Origin: Spirochaetia bacterium
Lineage (GTDB): Bacteria; Spirochaetota; Spirochaetia; SZUA-6; Bin103
DNA length: 64,000 bases
NCBI GenBank assembly: GCA_965203515.1
Contig: OZ241907.1
Span: forward strand, 1,344,001-1,408,000
Direction: 5' to 3'
Both the position numbers and the translations under genes were made by a program. The notes under the pieces were generated by a model. The model ran no database searches. It saw only the letters and a list, made by a program, of their open reading frames with translations, and had not been told where the DNA came from. Every line of letters starts with the position of its first letter. The stretch's first letter is position 1. Below are positions 38,491-46,654 of this stretch, piece by piece.

Positions 38491-39624
38491 TCATCTCGCC
38501 GGCCGAGGATCCGGTTGGGAGAACCAGGCGAGCGGGTATATCTTCAGCCGCACCTCGCCGTTCATGCCGCCAACGCCCGATCTGATCGTCGAGTAGTAGC
38601 CGACCAGCGCCTCGTCCCCCACGAACGTGACCGACGGATAGGCGTTGTCGTAGCCGACGCGGTCCTCGATCGTGCGCCGGTTCCGCCACGTCTCGCCGTC
38701 GTCGTTCGAGATCGCGCTGCGCAACGGGTTGCGCGGCTGGTGCGTCAAGCCCGAACCCGGCATCGATGCCGCGTACGGCGGCGTGTCGTTCCAGATCAGC
38801 AGCAGGCCGCCGCCCGGCATGCGCTTCATGCAGGTCGCCGCCGACGGCGAATCGAGCCCGGTCGCCGCCGGTTCGCTCCAGGTCTCGCCGGCGTCGCTCG
38901 ACCACGCCCGGTACAGCTTGCCGAGCGAGGTGCGCAGCAGCGCCAGTAGCGAGCCGTCGCGCCGCTCGATCACCGCCGGCTCCTCGGCGCCCCGCTCAGG
39001 GAGGTCGATCTTCACCCGGCTCTCCCGCCACGTCTCCCCCTCGTCGTCCGAATAGAGACAGAACGCCCGGTAGTGGTCGCCGGGGCCGTAGATCGGCCCC
39101 GCATGGCACGGCAGGACGATCCGCCCCGAGCTGTGCCGCAGGATGTGGTCGGCGTTCGTGAAGTACCACCCCGGTCCCGGCGTGATGTCGCGCGACGGGC
39201 CGAAGGTCTCGCACTCGTCGTCCGACGCGCGCAGCCGCACGCGCAACCGCTGCGCGGCCGCGTCGCGCTCGGTATAGCAGAACAGGATACGCCCGCTCGG
39301 CAGCCGCAGCAGATTCGGATGCTTGACGTTGTCCGCGCCGTGGTTCTCCTGCAGGGTGAGCACGCCGCTCCACGTCCGCCCCCGGTCGGACGACACGCGC
39401 GCCGCGATCCGGCACGGCGCGTCGTCCCGCATGGCCGCTCCCGCCTCGAACGGCGTCCGGCCGATCGCGCTCGGACGCCGCACGTAATACGCGCACCAGA
39501 CGAACAGCAGTCGGCCGCCGCTGAGCGGAAACACGAGCTGATGGTCGTTGCGCGGGTGCGCGTGGCTCCACGGCGCCGCCGTGACGGCGTGCGCCTCGTT
39601 GCCGAACGCGGACCGGTCGATCAC
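38491..39624 (-). CDS. Sialidase-like BNR/Asp-box protein
   Basis: Five SxDxGxTW-type boxes (SSDRGRTW, SDDECETF, SDDEGETW, SSDAGETW, SNDDGETW), RNPL, AYPS. Confidence 0.85.
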   Translation of the reverse strand: MIDRSAFGNEAHAVTAAPWSHAHPRNDHQLVFPLSGGRLLFVWCAYYVRRPSAIGRTPFEAGAAMRDDAPCRIAARVSSDRGRTWSGVLTLQENHGADNVKHPNLLRLPSGRILFCYTERDAAAQRLRVRLRASDDECETFGPSRDITPGPGWYFTNADHILRHSSGRIVLPCHAGPIYGPGDHYRAFCLYSDDEGETWRESRVKIDLPERGAEEPAVIERRDGSLLALLRTSLGKLYRAWSSDAGETWSEPAATGLDSPSAATCMKRMPGGGLLLIWNDTPPYAASMPGSGLTHQPRNPLRSAISNDDGETWRNRRTIEDRVGYDNAYPSVTFVGDEALVGYYSTIRSGVGGMNGEVRLKIYPLAWFSQPDPRPAR

Positions 39625-39632
39625 GCAGCGTG

Positions 39633-40622
39633 CTCAGACCGCGCGTGGGACAGCGCGCTCCGGCGTCGGTCCATTTTGTTCCGGGCCGACGTCACTCGGA
39701 GTTGCCGGCGCCGTTGTCGTCGAACTGCTGCTCGAGGCGCCGGAACGTGTCCTCGTCGATGCCGGTGGCCGCCTCGATGGTCGACCATGGTACATCTCGG
39801 CCCAGGAATTCCTGGATGGTCTGCAACCGACCCCTCATCTCGCCTTCCTGGCGGCCTTCCTGGCGGCCTTCCTGACGGCCTTGCTCGACCATCCGTTCCA
39901 CGTTGACCATACCTTCCCGGCGGCCTCGCTCGACCATCTGTTCCACGTAGTTCATCAGCTCTCCTCCACGGCCCGGCACGTTGCGGCGCAGCGCCGCCCC
40001 GAACGCCGGTCGCCGTTCCTCCGGCTGCGCCGCCAGCACGTACTCCACGTGCAGCGCCACCTCGTCGATCCCGGCAGCCCGGTACATCTCCCCCATCAAC
40101 CGCGTCGCCTGCTCCAGCAACTCCTCCCACGTCTCGCGGAACGTGGCCATCATTGCGAGCTGCGCCAACCGCGTTCCCACCGACCCCGCCACCGTCTCCG
40201 GGTTCTGCCGCGTCTGGTCGATCAGCAGGTGCTCGAACCGCGGCACCCAGCCCCAGTCCGGCTCCGAGCCCGCAACCAGCTCCGCGAACTGCCGATCATG
40301 CCGCCACGGCTCCGCTCCCTGATAGAATACCACCGGCACGATCAGCGGCAACTGCGGCTCGTTCTCGTGCTCCCGGTGCCATCTCATCCAGGCCAGCAGG
40401 CAGTAGTTCAGCAACCGCAGCCGCATCCACCGGTCCGGCGTGGACTGATGTTCGAGCAGCACGTAGACGAGCACCGGCGGACCGGAACCCTGCCGCTCGA
40501 CCGAGAACAGCAGGTCGGCCTCCCGGCCGCGCCAGTCGTCGCTGACGAAGCGGCCGGGTACGTGGGCGAGGGTGGACCACCGCAGCGTGCGGCGACCTCC
40601 TGGGGCAGGTGCGGGCGCAACA
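39633..40622 (-). repeat. ~1-kb direct repeat copy B (rpn gene lacking its first ~39 codons, plus ~60 bp 3' flank)
   Basis: Near-identical to 41693..42670. Confidence 0.95.
39692..39955 (-). CDS. Putative internal RpnS-like small protein (87 aa)
   Basis: GGAGGAGAGCTG-ATG internal RBS, in frame, before MNYVEQMVE. Confidence 0.55.
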   Translation of the reverse strand: MNYVEQMVERGRREGMVNVERMVEQGRQEGRQEGRQEGEMRGRLQTIQEFLGRDVPWSTIEAATGIDEDTFRRLEQQFDDNGAGNSE

Positions 40623-41659
40623 AGGGCTACCGACGGAACTGCCTCTGCCGTGAAGAGACGACGATGCGCAGCCGCCAGTCGGTCGAACATCGCGTTTGCC
40701 GTAGCCATCGTGGGCAGCGCCATGTAGATGCCGTCCGCGCGCCCCGACGCCATCAGGCGATAGGCAAGCATGAGCGCCGCCTCGGTCTTCCCGCTGCCGG
40801 TCTCATCCTCGATCATGAAGAGCGCCGGGCCGGCCGGCAGCTCGATTCGCCGAGCCCACGTCTGCATCGGACTGGGGGTATGCGCGCCGATCAACGCGTC
40901 GTAGTCCAGACCGCGGCTGACTTCCGCCGGCAGCACACCGGCCTCTTCGACCGCACGTGCCGCTCGTTCACGTGCCTGTTCGATCCAGTACGCCCCGATC
41001 TCCCGCTCAGAATCGCAGTAGGGAAACCACTCCTGGCTGGACCCGATCCAATCCGCCAGGACGGCAATGCCGGCTATGACGAATGACGCTCGTCGCGTCC
41101 GTCGCGAATCGATGCCCACCGCTGGCGGCGGACCGAATAGCTCTCGCGCCTGTTGGATGAACCGCTCGGCGGCGATGAGCCCCGCCCTGCCGTAGTCCGT
41201 CCGTAGCGCGGCGAGTCCTTCGGAAATCCGCGGCTCCGGCGGAGCGCCGTGATGGCCGGCGATCGCCGAAACGATCAATCGCCATGCGCGCGGCAAGTCG
41301 AACAGATCGGGATCTGCATCGAACAGTCGCAGAGCGCCGGCTCCATGATCGTAACGAACCGGAACCTCGGCAGGATCGTCACCGAAGCAGGCCGGATAGC
41401 GCTTCGGCGCCTTCGCCTGGAACTTCTTGGCGAACTTCCCTATGTCATGCAGACAAAGGAGGAAGCAGACCAGCCGGACGACTTCGTCACGCCGTAGTCC
41501 AAGCAGCCGCTGCAGATGGTCGCTCAGCCCGCGATGCCGGGTCAGCAGCGCCTCCCCGACCGCCACCACGTCGAGACTGTGAAACGCCAACGGATGCCAC
41601 TGCGGACCTCGGTCGGGGTCGCGGGGCCGCGCCTTCCCCCAGAAACCGAGAATGTCCAT
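39692..41659 (-). CDS. cas3: In-frame fusion: Cas3 HD nuclease domain plus truncated helicase start :: Rpn PD-(D/E)XK nuclease
   Basis: WGKA, HSLDV, HDIGK, GHHG, ADWIGS, ETGSGKTEAA, LPTMATANAMF, then READLLF..LLEHQS..MRLRLLNY; one open 655-aa frame. Confidence 0.9.
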   Translation of the reverse strand: MDILGFWGKARPRDPDRGPQWHPLAFHSLDVVAVGEALLTRHRGLSDHLQRLLGLRRDEVVRLVCFLLCLHDIGKFAKKFQAKAPKRYPACFGDDPAEVPVRYDHGAGALRLFDADPDLFDLPRAWRLIVSAIAGHHGAPPEPRISEGLAALRTDYGRAGLIAAERFIQQARELFGPPPAVGIDSRRTRRASFVIAGIAVLADWIGSSQEWFPYCDSEREIGAYWIEQARERAARAVEEAGVLPAEVSRGLDYDALIGAHTPSPMQTWARRIELPAGPALFMIEDETGSGKTEAALMLAYRLMASGRADGIYMALPTMATANAMFDRLAAAHRRLFTAEAVPSVALVAPAPAPGGRRTLRWSTLAHVPGRFVSDDWRGREADLLFSVERQGSGPPVLVYVLLEHQSTPDRWMRLRLLNYCLLAWMRWHREHENEPQLPLIVPVVFYQGAEPWRHDRQFAELVAGSEPDWGWVPRFEHLLIDQTRQNPETVAGSVGTRLAQLAMMATFRETWEELLEQATRLMGEMYRAAGIDEVALHVEYVLAAQPEERRPAFGAALRRNVPGRGGELMNYVEQMVERGRREGMVNVERMVEQGRQEGRQEGRQEGEMRGRLQTIQEFLGRDVPWSTIEAATGIDEDTFRRLEQQFDDNGAGNSE

Positions 41660-41692
41660 GCTGCAGCCCTGTATTGACGCCTCGTAGCGTAC

Positions 41693-42670
41693 TCAGACCG
41701 CGCGAGGGACTGCGCGCTGCCGGCGTCGGCGCATTTGTTCCGGACCGGCGTCACTCGGCGTTGCCAGCGCCGTTGTCGTCGAACTGCTGCTCGAGGCGCC
41801 GGAACGTGTCCTCGTCGATGCCGGTGGCCGCCTCGATGGTCGACCACGGGACATCGCGCCCCAGGAATTCCTGGATGGTCTGCAATCGACCCCTCATCTC
41901 GCCTTCCTGGCGGCCTTCCTGACGGCCTTGCTCGACCATCCGTTCCACGTTGACCATACCTTCCCGGCGGCCTCGCTCGACCATCTGTTCCACGTAGTTC
42001 ATCAGCTCTCCTCCACGGCCCGGCACGTTGCGGCGCAGCGCCGCCGCAAACGCCGGTCGCCGTTCCTCCGGCTGCGCCGCCAGCACGTACTCCACGTGCA
42101 GCGCTACCTCGTCGATCCCGGCAGCCCGGTACATCTCCCCCATCAACCGCGTCGCCTGCTCCAGCATCTCCTCCCACGTCTCGCGGAACGTGGCCATCAT
42201 TGCGAGCTGCGCCAACCGCGTTCCCACCGACCCCGCCACCGTCTCCGGGTTCTGCCGCGTCTGGTCGATCAGCAGGTGCTCGAACCGCGGCACCCAGCCC
42301 CAGTCCGGCTCCGCCCCCGCAACCAGCTCCGCGAACTGCCGATCATGCCGCCACGGCTCCGCTCCCTGATAGAATACCACCGGCACGATCAGCGGCAACT
42401 GCGGCTCGTTCTGGTGCTCCCGGTGCCACCTCATCCAGGCCAGCAGGCAGTAGTTCAGCAACCGCAGCCGCATCCACCGGTCCGGCGTGGACTGATGTTC
42501 GAGCAGCACGTAGACGAGCACCGGCGGACCGGAATCCTGCCGCTCGACCGAGAACAGCAGGTCGGCCTCCCGGCCGCGCCAGTCGTCGCTGACGAAGCGG
42601 CCGGGCACGTGGGTAAGGGTGGACCACCGCAGCGTGCGTGCGACCTCCTGCGGAAGGTGGGGGCGCAACA
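41693..42670 (-). repeat. ~1-kb direct repeat copy A
   Basis: Near-identical to 39633..40622. Confidence 0.95.
41751..42002 (-). CDS. Putative internal RpnS-like small protein (83 aa)
   Basis: Same internal GGAGGAG RBS and in-frame ATG at 42002. Confidence 0.55.
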   Translation of the reverse strand: MNYVEQMVERGRREGMVNVERMVEQGRQEGRQEGEMRGRLQTIQEFLGRDVPWSTIEAATGIDEDTFRRLEQQFDDNGAGNAE

Positions 42671-42788
42671 GGCCGGCGGCGTTCCGGGTATCGGAGAACA
42701 CGCCGTAGAAGTACTTGTCGTGCGGATGGCTGACCGGCGTCTCCGCCGCGGCGGACTCCGGTCGGTCCGGCGCCTGATCGTCGGCCAT
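41751..42788 (-). CDS. Rpn family recombination-promoting nuclease/putative transposase (YhgA-like)
   Basis: HPHDKYF, F....R.ADLLF, LLEHQSTPD.WM.LR, LP.IVPVVFYQG..PW, C-terminal QEGR repeats. Confidence 0.92.
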   Translation of the reverse strand: MADDQAPDRPESAAAETPVSHPHDKYFYGVFSDTRNAAGLLRPHLPQEVARTLRWSTLTHVPGRFVSDDWRGREADLLFSVERQDSGPPVLVYVLLEHQSTPDRWMRLRLLNYCLLAWMRWHREHQNEPQLPLIVPVVFYQGAEPWRHDRQFAELVAGAEPDWGWVPRFEHLLIDQTRQNPETVAGSVGTRLAQLAMMATFRETWEEMLEQATRLMGEMYRAAGIDEVALHVEYVLAAQPEERRPAFAAALRRNVPGRGGELMNYVEQMVERGRREGMVNVERMVEQGRQEGRQEGEMRGRLQTIQEFLGRDVPWSTIEAATGIDEDTFRRLEQQFDDNGAGNAE

Positions 42789-42802
42789 GAGACCCGGCGG
42801 CG

Positions 42803-42831
42803 ACCGTAGCCCCGGGATACTCCGGCGTCAA
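42803..42831 (-). promoter_or_regulatory. Sigma70-type promoter of rpn
   Basis: TTGACG-17 nt-TACGGT on the minus strand. Confidence 0.6.
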
Positions 42832-42890
42832 GCCGGCGCGGGCCAGCCGCGGCCTGCAGTCGGTCCGCCGATTCGTAGTAACGTGAGCGC

Positions 42891-44534
42891 ATGGACTGCG
42901 ATGCCGCGATAGCGAAGATACTCAAGGCCGAGGGCGTGGAATGGTTGGCCGCCTTTCCCATGCAGACCCTCATCGACGCCGCCGCCAGGGAGGGCATCCG
43001 GCCGATCGTCACGCGCCAGGAGCGGGCGGGCGTGAACATGGCCGACGGCTACAGCCGCGTCATGAACGGCCGCCGCATCGGCGTCTTCACCATGCAGCGC
43101 GGCCCCGGCGCCGAGAACGCCTTCGGCGGCGTCGCGCAGGGGTTCGCCGACAACGTACCGCTGCTGGTGCTGCCCGGCGGCGCGGAGCGCGGCCGGTTCG
43201 GCGCCCACCCCGGCTTCGACGCCGTGAGCCACTACGGCGGCGTCACCAAGTGGTGCGGCTACCTCGCCGACCGCTCGCAGATTCCCGGCCACTTCCGCAC
43301 CGCGTTCACCCGGCTCAAGCACGGCCGGCCGGCCCCGGTGCTGATCGAGATCCCGGCCGACCTGAGCACGGCCGAATACGGCGGCGACCTCGACTACCGG
43401 CCCGTCCGCGCGCACCGCTCCGCGGCCGACCCCGACGACGTGCGCGACCTGGTGACGGCCCTCCTCAAGGCGCGGGCGCCGGTCCTGTACGTCGGCCAGG
43501 GCGTCCACTACGCGGAGGCGTACCGGGAGCTGATCGAGTTCGCGGAGCTGACCCGCGTCCCGGTGCTGACCACGCTGGCCGGCAAGAGCGCTTTCCCGGA
43601 GAGCCATCCGCTCTCCCTGGGGACCGGCGCCAACTCCGCCACGCTGATGGCCGACCGCTTCCTGCGGAAGGCCGATTTCGTGCTCGGCGTGGGCGCCAGC
43701 CTCACCATCACCACGTTCAACGCGCCGCTGCCGGCCGGCGTACCGGTCGCCCAGGTCACCAACGCCGCCGAGGACCTCAACAAGGAGCACGCCATCGACT
43801 ACGGCGCGATCGGCGACGCGCGGCTGGCGCTGCGGCAGATGACCGAAGAGGTGCGCCGCCAGGCGGGCGCGGACGGACCCGGCGGCCGGGACGGCGTGGC
43901 CGGCGATGTGGCCGCGGTCAAGGCGGAGTTCCTGCAGGAGTGGACGCCGCGCCTGCGCTCCGACGAGGTGCCGATCAGCCCCTACCGCGTGCTCACCGAG
44001 CTGACCCGCGCCATCGACCCGCGCGCCGCCATCGTCACGCACGACTCCGGCTACCCGCGCGATCAGTTCGTGCCGTTCTGGCCCGCCGATACGCCCCACT
44101 CCTACATCGGCTGGGGCAAGTCCACGCAGCTCGGCTACGGACTCGGGCTGGCGCTGGGCGCCAAGCTGGCCGCGCCGGACCGGCAGGTCGTCAACGTCAT
44201 GGGTGACGCCGCCTTCGGCATGGCCGGCCTGGACATCGAGACCGCCGCCCGCGCCCGCATCGGCATCATGACCGTGGTGCTCAACAACGGCGTCATGACC
44301 CACTACGACTCCTACCTGCCCTACTCCAGCGAGCGCTACGGGACCAACGCGCTCGGCGGCGAGTACGCCAAGATCGCCGAAGGGCTGGGCGCCCACGCGG
44401 AGGTGGTCACCACGCCCGACCAGCTCGGCCCGGCGATCCGGCGCGCCGCGCAGGTCAACCGGGCCGGCCGGCCGGCGCTGATCGAGGCGAAGACCAAGAT
44501 CGAGGAGGAGGTGCCGTTCTACTACCGGCGGTAG
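42891..44534 (+). CDS. Thiamine pyrophosphate-requiring enzyme (acetolactate synthase-like family)
   Basis: RQER...MADGYSR, GPG..N, MGDAAFGM...VLNN TPP motif. Confidence 0.9.
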   Translation: MDCDAAIAKILKAEGVEWLAAFPMQTLIDAAAREGIRPIVTRQERAGVNMADGYSRVMNGRRIGVFTMQRGPGAENAFGGVAQGFADNVPLLVLPGGAERGRFGAHPGFDAVSHYGGVTKWCGYLADRSQIPGHFRTAFTRLKHGRPAPVLIEIPADLSTAEYGGDLDYRPVRAHRSAADPDDVRDLVTALLKARAPVLYVGQGVHYAEAYRELIEFAELTRVPVLTTLAGKSAFPESHPLSLGTGANSATLMADRFLRKADFVLGVGASLTITTFNAPLPAGVPVAQVTNAAEDLNKEHAIDYGAIGDARLALRQMTEEVRRQAGADGPGGRDGVAGDVAAVKAEFLQEWTPRLRSDEVPISPYRVLTELTRAIDPRAAIVTHDSGYPRDQFVPFWPADTPHSYIGWGKSTQLGYGLGLALGAKLAAPDRQVVNVMGDAAFGMAGLDIETAARARIGIMTVVLNNGVMTHYDSYLPYSSERYGTNALGGEYAKIAEGLGAHAEVVTTPDQLGPAIRRAAQVNRAGRPALIEAKTKIEEEVPFYYRR

Positions 44535-44668
44535 CCGCGCTGCGGCGACTCCGCCGGACCGGCATGCCCGCTACGTCAGCCGACCGCCGGCGCCTGCGCC
44601 AGTTGCGGCACGCGCGGCAATCCCACAGACTCCCGGCGCGGTGAACCGCTCCCCCTCACCATGAGACC

Positions 44669-45652
44669 ATGAGCACGGCCGGCACGCTCGACCGCAGAAC
44701 CCGCGATCGGGGGACCCTCGACCGGGACACCCGGCAAGCGTTGCGCGGCGCGCGCCGCCGGCGCGCGCGCAAGTACCTGATGCTCTACGGGTTCTGCGTC
44801 ATCCCGGTGGCGGCGCTGTTCGTCTTCCACTACGTCCCGATCTACGGGATCCTGCTCGCCTTCAAGGACTTCAAGTACAACCTGGGGATCCTGGGCAGCC
44901 CCTGGAACGACTTCCAGCACTTCCGCGACCTGTTCACCGATCCCTTCTTTCCGCGCATCGTGCGCAACAGCGTCGTCATCAGCGTCCTCAAGATCGTCTT
45001 CGCCTTTCCGGCGCCGATCGTGCTGGCCATCCTGATCAACGAGATACGCACCGACTCGCTGAAGCGCACCATCCAGTCGATCTCCTATCTGCCGCACTTC
45101 ATGTCGTGGGTGGTGCTGGCCGGCATCATCGAGGAGCTGCTCTCGCCGCAGCGCGGCGTGCCGTTCTTCGTCGGTACGCTGCTGGGCGCGCAGGAGGTCC
45201 CCAACCTGCTGGCCGATCCCGAGTTCTTCCGCGCGATGCTGGTCGCCACCCACATCTGGCAGGCGGTCGGCTGGGGCAGCATCATCTACCTCGCGGCCAT
45301 CGCCGCGATCGACCCGGAGCTGTACGAGGTGGCGGCCCTGGACGGAGCCGGCCGCGTGCGCATCGCCCGGCACGTCACGGTCCCGTCGCTGGTGCCGGTG
45401 ATCACCGTGGTCTTCCTCCTGCAGGTGGGCCGGCTGCTCAACGCCGGCTTCGATCAGGTCTTCAACCTCTACCACCCGCTGGTGTATGAAGTAGCGGACA
45501 TCCTGGACACCTACGTATACCGAGTCGGCATCGTGCGCGCCGAGTTCGGCTACGCGACCGCCGTGGGCCTGTTCAAGAACGCGATCGGCGTGGCCCTCCT
45601 GGTGAGCGCCAACGTCGTCATCAAGAGATACAACCAGTATGGCATCTGGTGA
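44669..45652 (+). CDS. Carbohydrate ABC permease (LplB-like)
   Basis: YLPHFMSWV, GWGSIIYLAAI, LYEVAALDGAGR, DILDTYVY. Confidence 0.92.
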   Translation: MSTAGTLDRRTRDRGTLDRDTRQALRGARRRRARKYLMLYGFCVIPVAALFVFHYVPIYGILLAFKDFKYNLGILGSPWNDFQHFRDLFTDPFFPRIVRNSVVISVLKIVFAFPAPIVLAILINEIRTDSLKRTIQSISYLPHFMSWVVLAGIIEELLSPQRGVPFFVGTLLGAQEVPNLLADPEFFRAMLVATHIWQAVGWGSIIYLAAIAAIDPELYEVAALDGAGRVRIARHVTVPSLVPVITVVFLLQVGRLLNAGFDQVFNLYHPLVYEVADILDTYVYRVGIVRAEFGYATAVGLFKNAIGVALLVSANVVIKRYNQYGIW

Positions 45653-46574
45653 CCTTTCCCGGCCGGCAACGGCCGGTCCCGCCGGTCTTCGGCTGCGACG
45701 GCGCACGCCGGGCGAGGCCGCCTTCAGCGTGGTGAACGTGACGGTGCTGCTGCTGTTCTGCTTCACCATCGTCTACCCGTTCTGGCGGATCGTCCTCACC
45801 TCATTCGCCGGTCCCGAGGAGCTGGTGCACCTGGGCTTCAAGTTCTGGAACGACAACTGGTCGACCTACGCCTACCAGTACTCGGTGTCGCAGTACGGCA
45901 ACGTCCGCGTCGGCTACGTCAACTCGATCCTGCGCGTGGTGCTCGGCACCGTCCTGACGCTGGCGTGCACGTTGCTGATGGCCTATCCGCTGGCGAAGCG
46001 CGACCTGCCGGGCCGCACCCTGCTGACCCTGTACGTGGTGATCACCCTGTTCTTCGGCGGCGGCCTGGTCCCGCTCTATCTGGTCGTGCGCTCGCTCGGG
46101 CTGATGGACACGCGCCTGGCGCTGGTGCTGCCGGTGATGGTCAACGGCTTCTACATCGTGATCATGCGCAACTACCTGATGACGCTCGACCTGGCGTACG
46201 AGGAGGCGGCCCTGATCGACGGCGCCAACTACCTGCAGGTGCTGGTCCGCATCGTCGTGCCGCTGTCGGCGCCGGTCATCGCCGTGGTGGTGCTGTGGGC
46301 GTCGGTCGACCACTGGAACGAGTGGTTCCACGCCCTGCTCTTCACCAGGAGCCGCGACAAGCACGTGCTGCAGTTCCTGCTGCGCCGCATGCTGCAGGAC
46401 CTGACCGCGGTGCGCCTGGAGCTGGCATCGTTCGAGGAGGAGGTCGACCTGCTGCCGCTGCCGTCGGTGCGGGCCGCGGTCACGGTGCTGACGATCGGCC
46501 CGATCATCCTGGTCTACCCCTTCATCCAGCGGCACCTGGTCAAGGGCATCTTCGTCGGCTCCCTGAAAGGCTGA
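45639..46574 (+). CDS. Carbohydrate ABC permease (LplC-like)
   Basis: FGGGLVP.Y, EEAALIDGA, WNEWF, YPFIQRH.VKG..GSLKG. Confidence 0.92.
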   Translation: MASGDLSRPATAGPAGLRLRRRTPGEAAFSVVNVTVLLLFCFTIVYPFWRIVLTSFAGPEELVHLGFKFWNDNWSTYAYQYSVSQYGNVRVGYVNSILRVVLGTVLTLACTLLMAYPLAKRDLPGRTLLTLYVVITLFFGGGLVPLYLVVRSLGLMDTRLALVLPVMVNGFYIVIMRNYLMTLDLAYEEAALIDGANYLQVLVRIVVPLSAPVIAVVVLWASVDHWNEWFHALLFTRSRDKHVLQFLLRRMLQDLTAVRLELASFEEEVDLLPLPSVRAAVTVLTIGPIILVYPFIQRHLVKGIFVGSLKG

Positions 46575-46613
46575 CCGGTTTCCGGTAGCATGGAGCCGCA
46601 GAGCGCAAAACGA

Positions 46614-46638
46614 CGTTTCCGCGCCGGCCGCGGAAACG
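46614..46638 (+). other. Stem-loop in the leader of the SBP gene
   Basis: CGTTTCCGCG-CCGGC-CGCGGAAACG, 10-bp stem just before an AGGAGG RBS. Confidence 0.45.
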
Positions 46639-46654
46639 CGCGACAGGAGGATCG

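Noticed and set aside
41751..42788. Calling rpn an IS element
   Set aside because: No terminal inverted repeats or target duplication seen; the Rpn family has not been shown to transpose
39600..42900. CRISPR array or other cas genes near cas3
   Set aside because: No 25-40 bp repeats with spacers and no Cascade/cas1/cas2 ORFs seen; the flanks are fully explained by other genes
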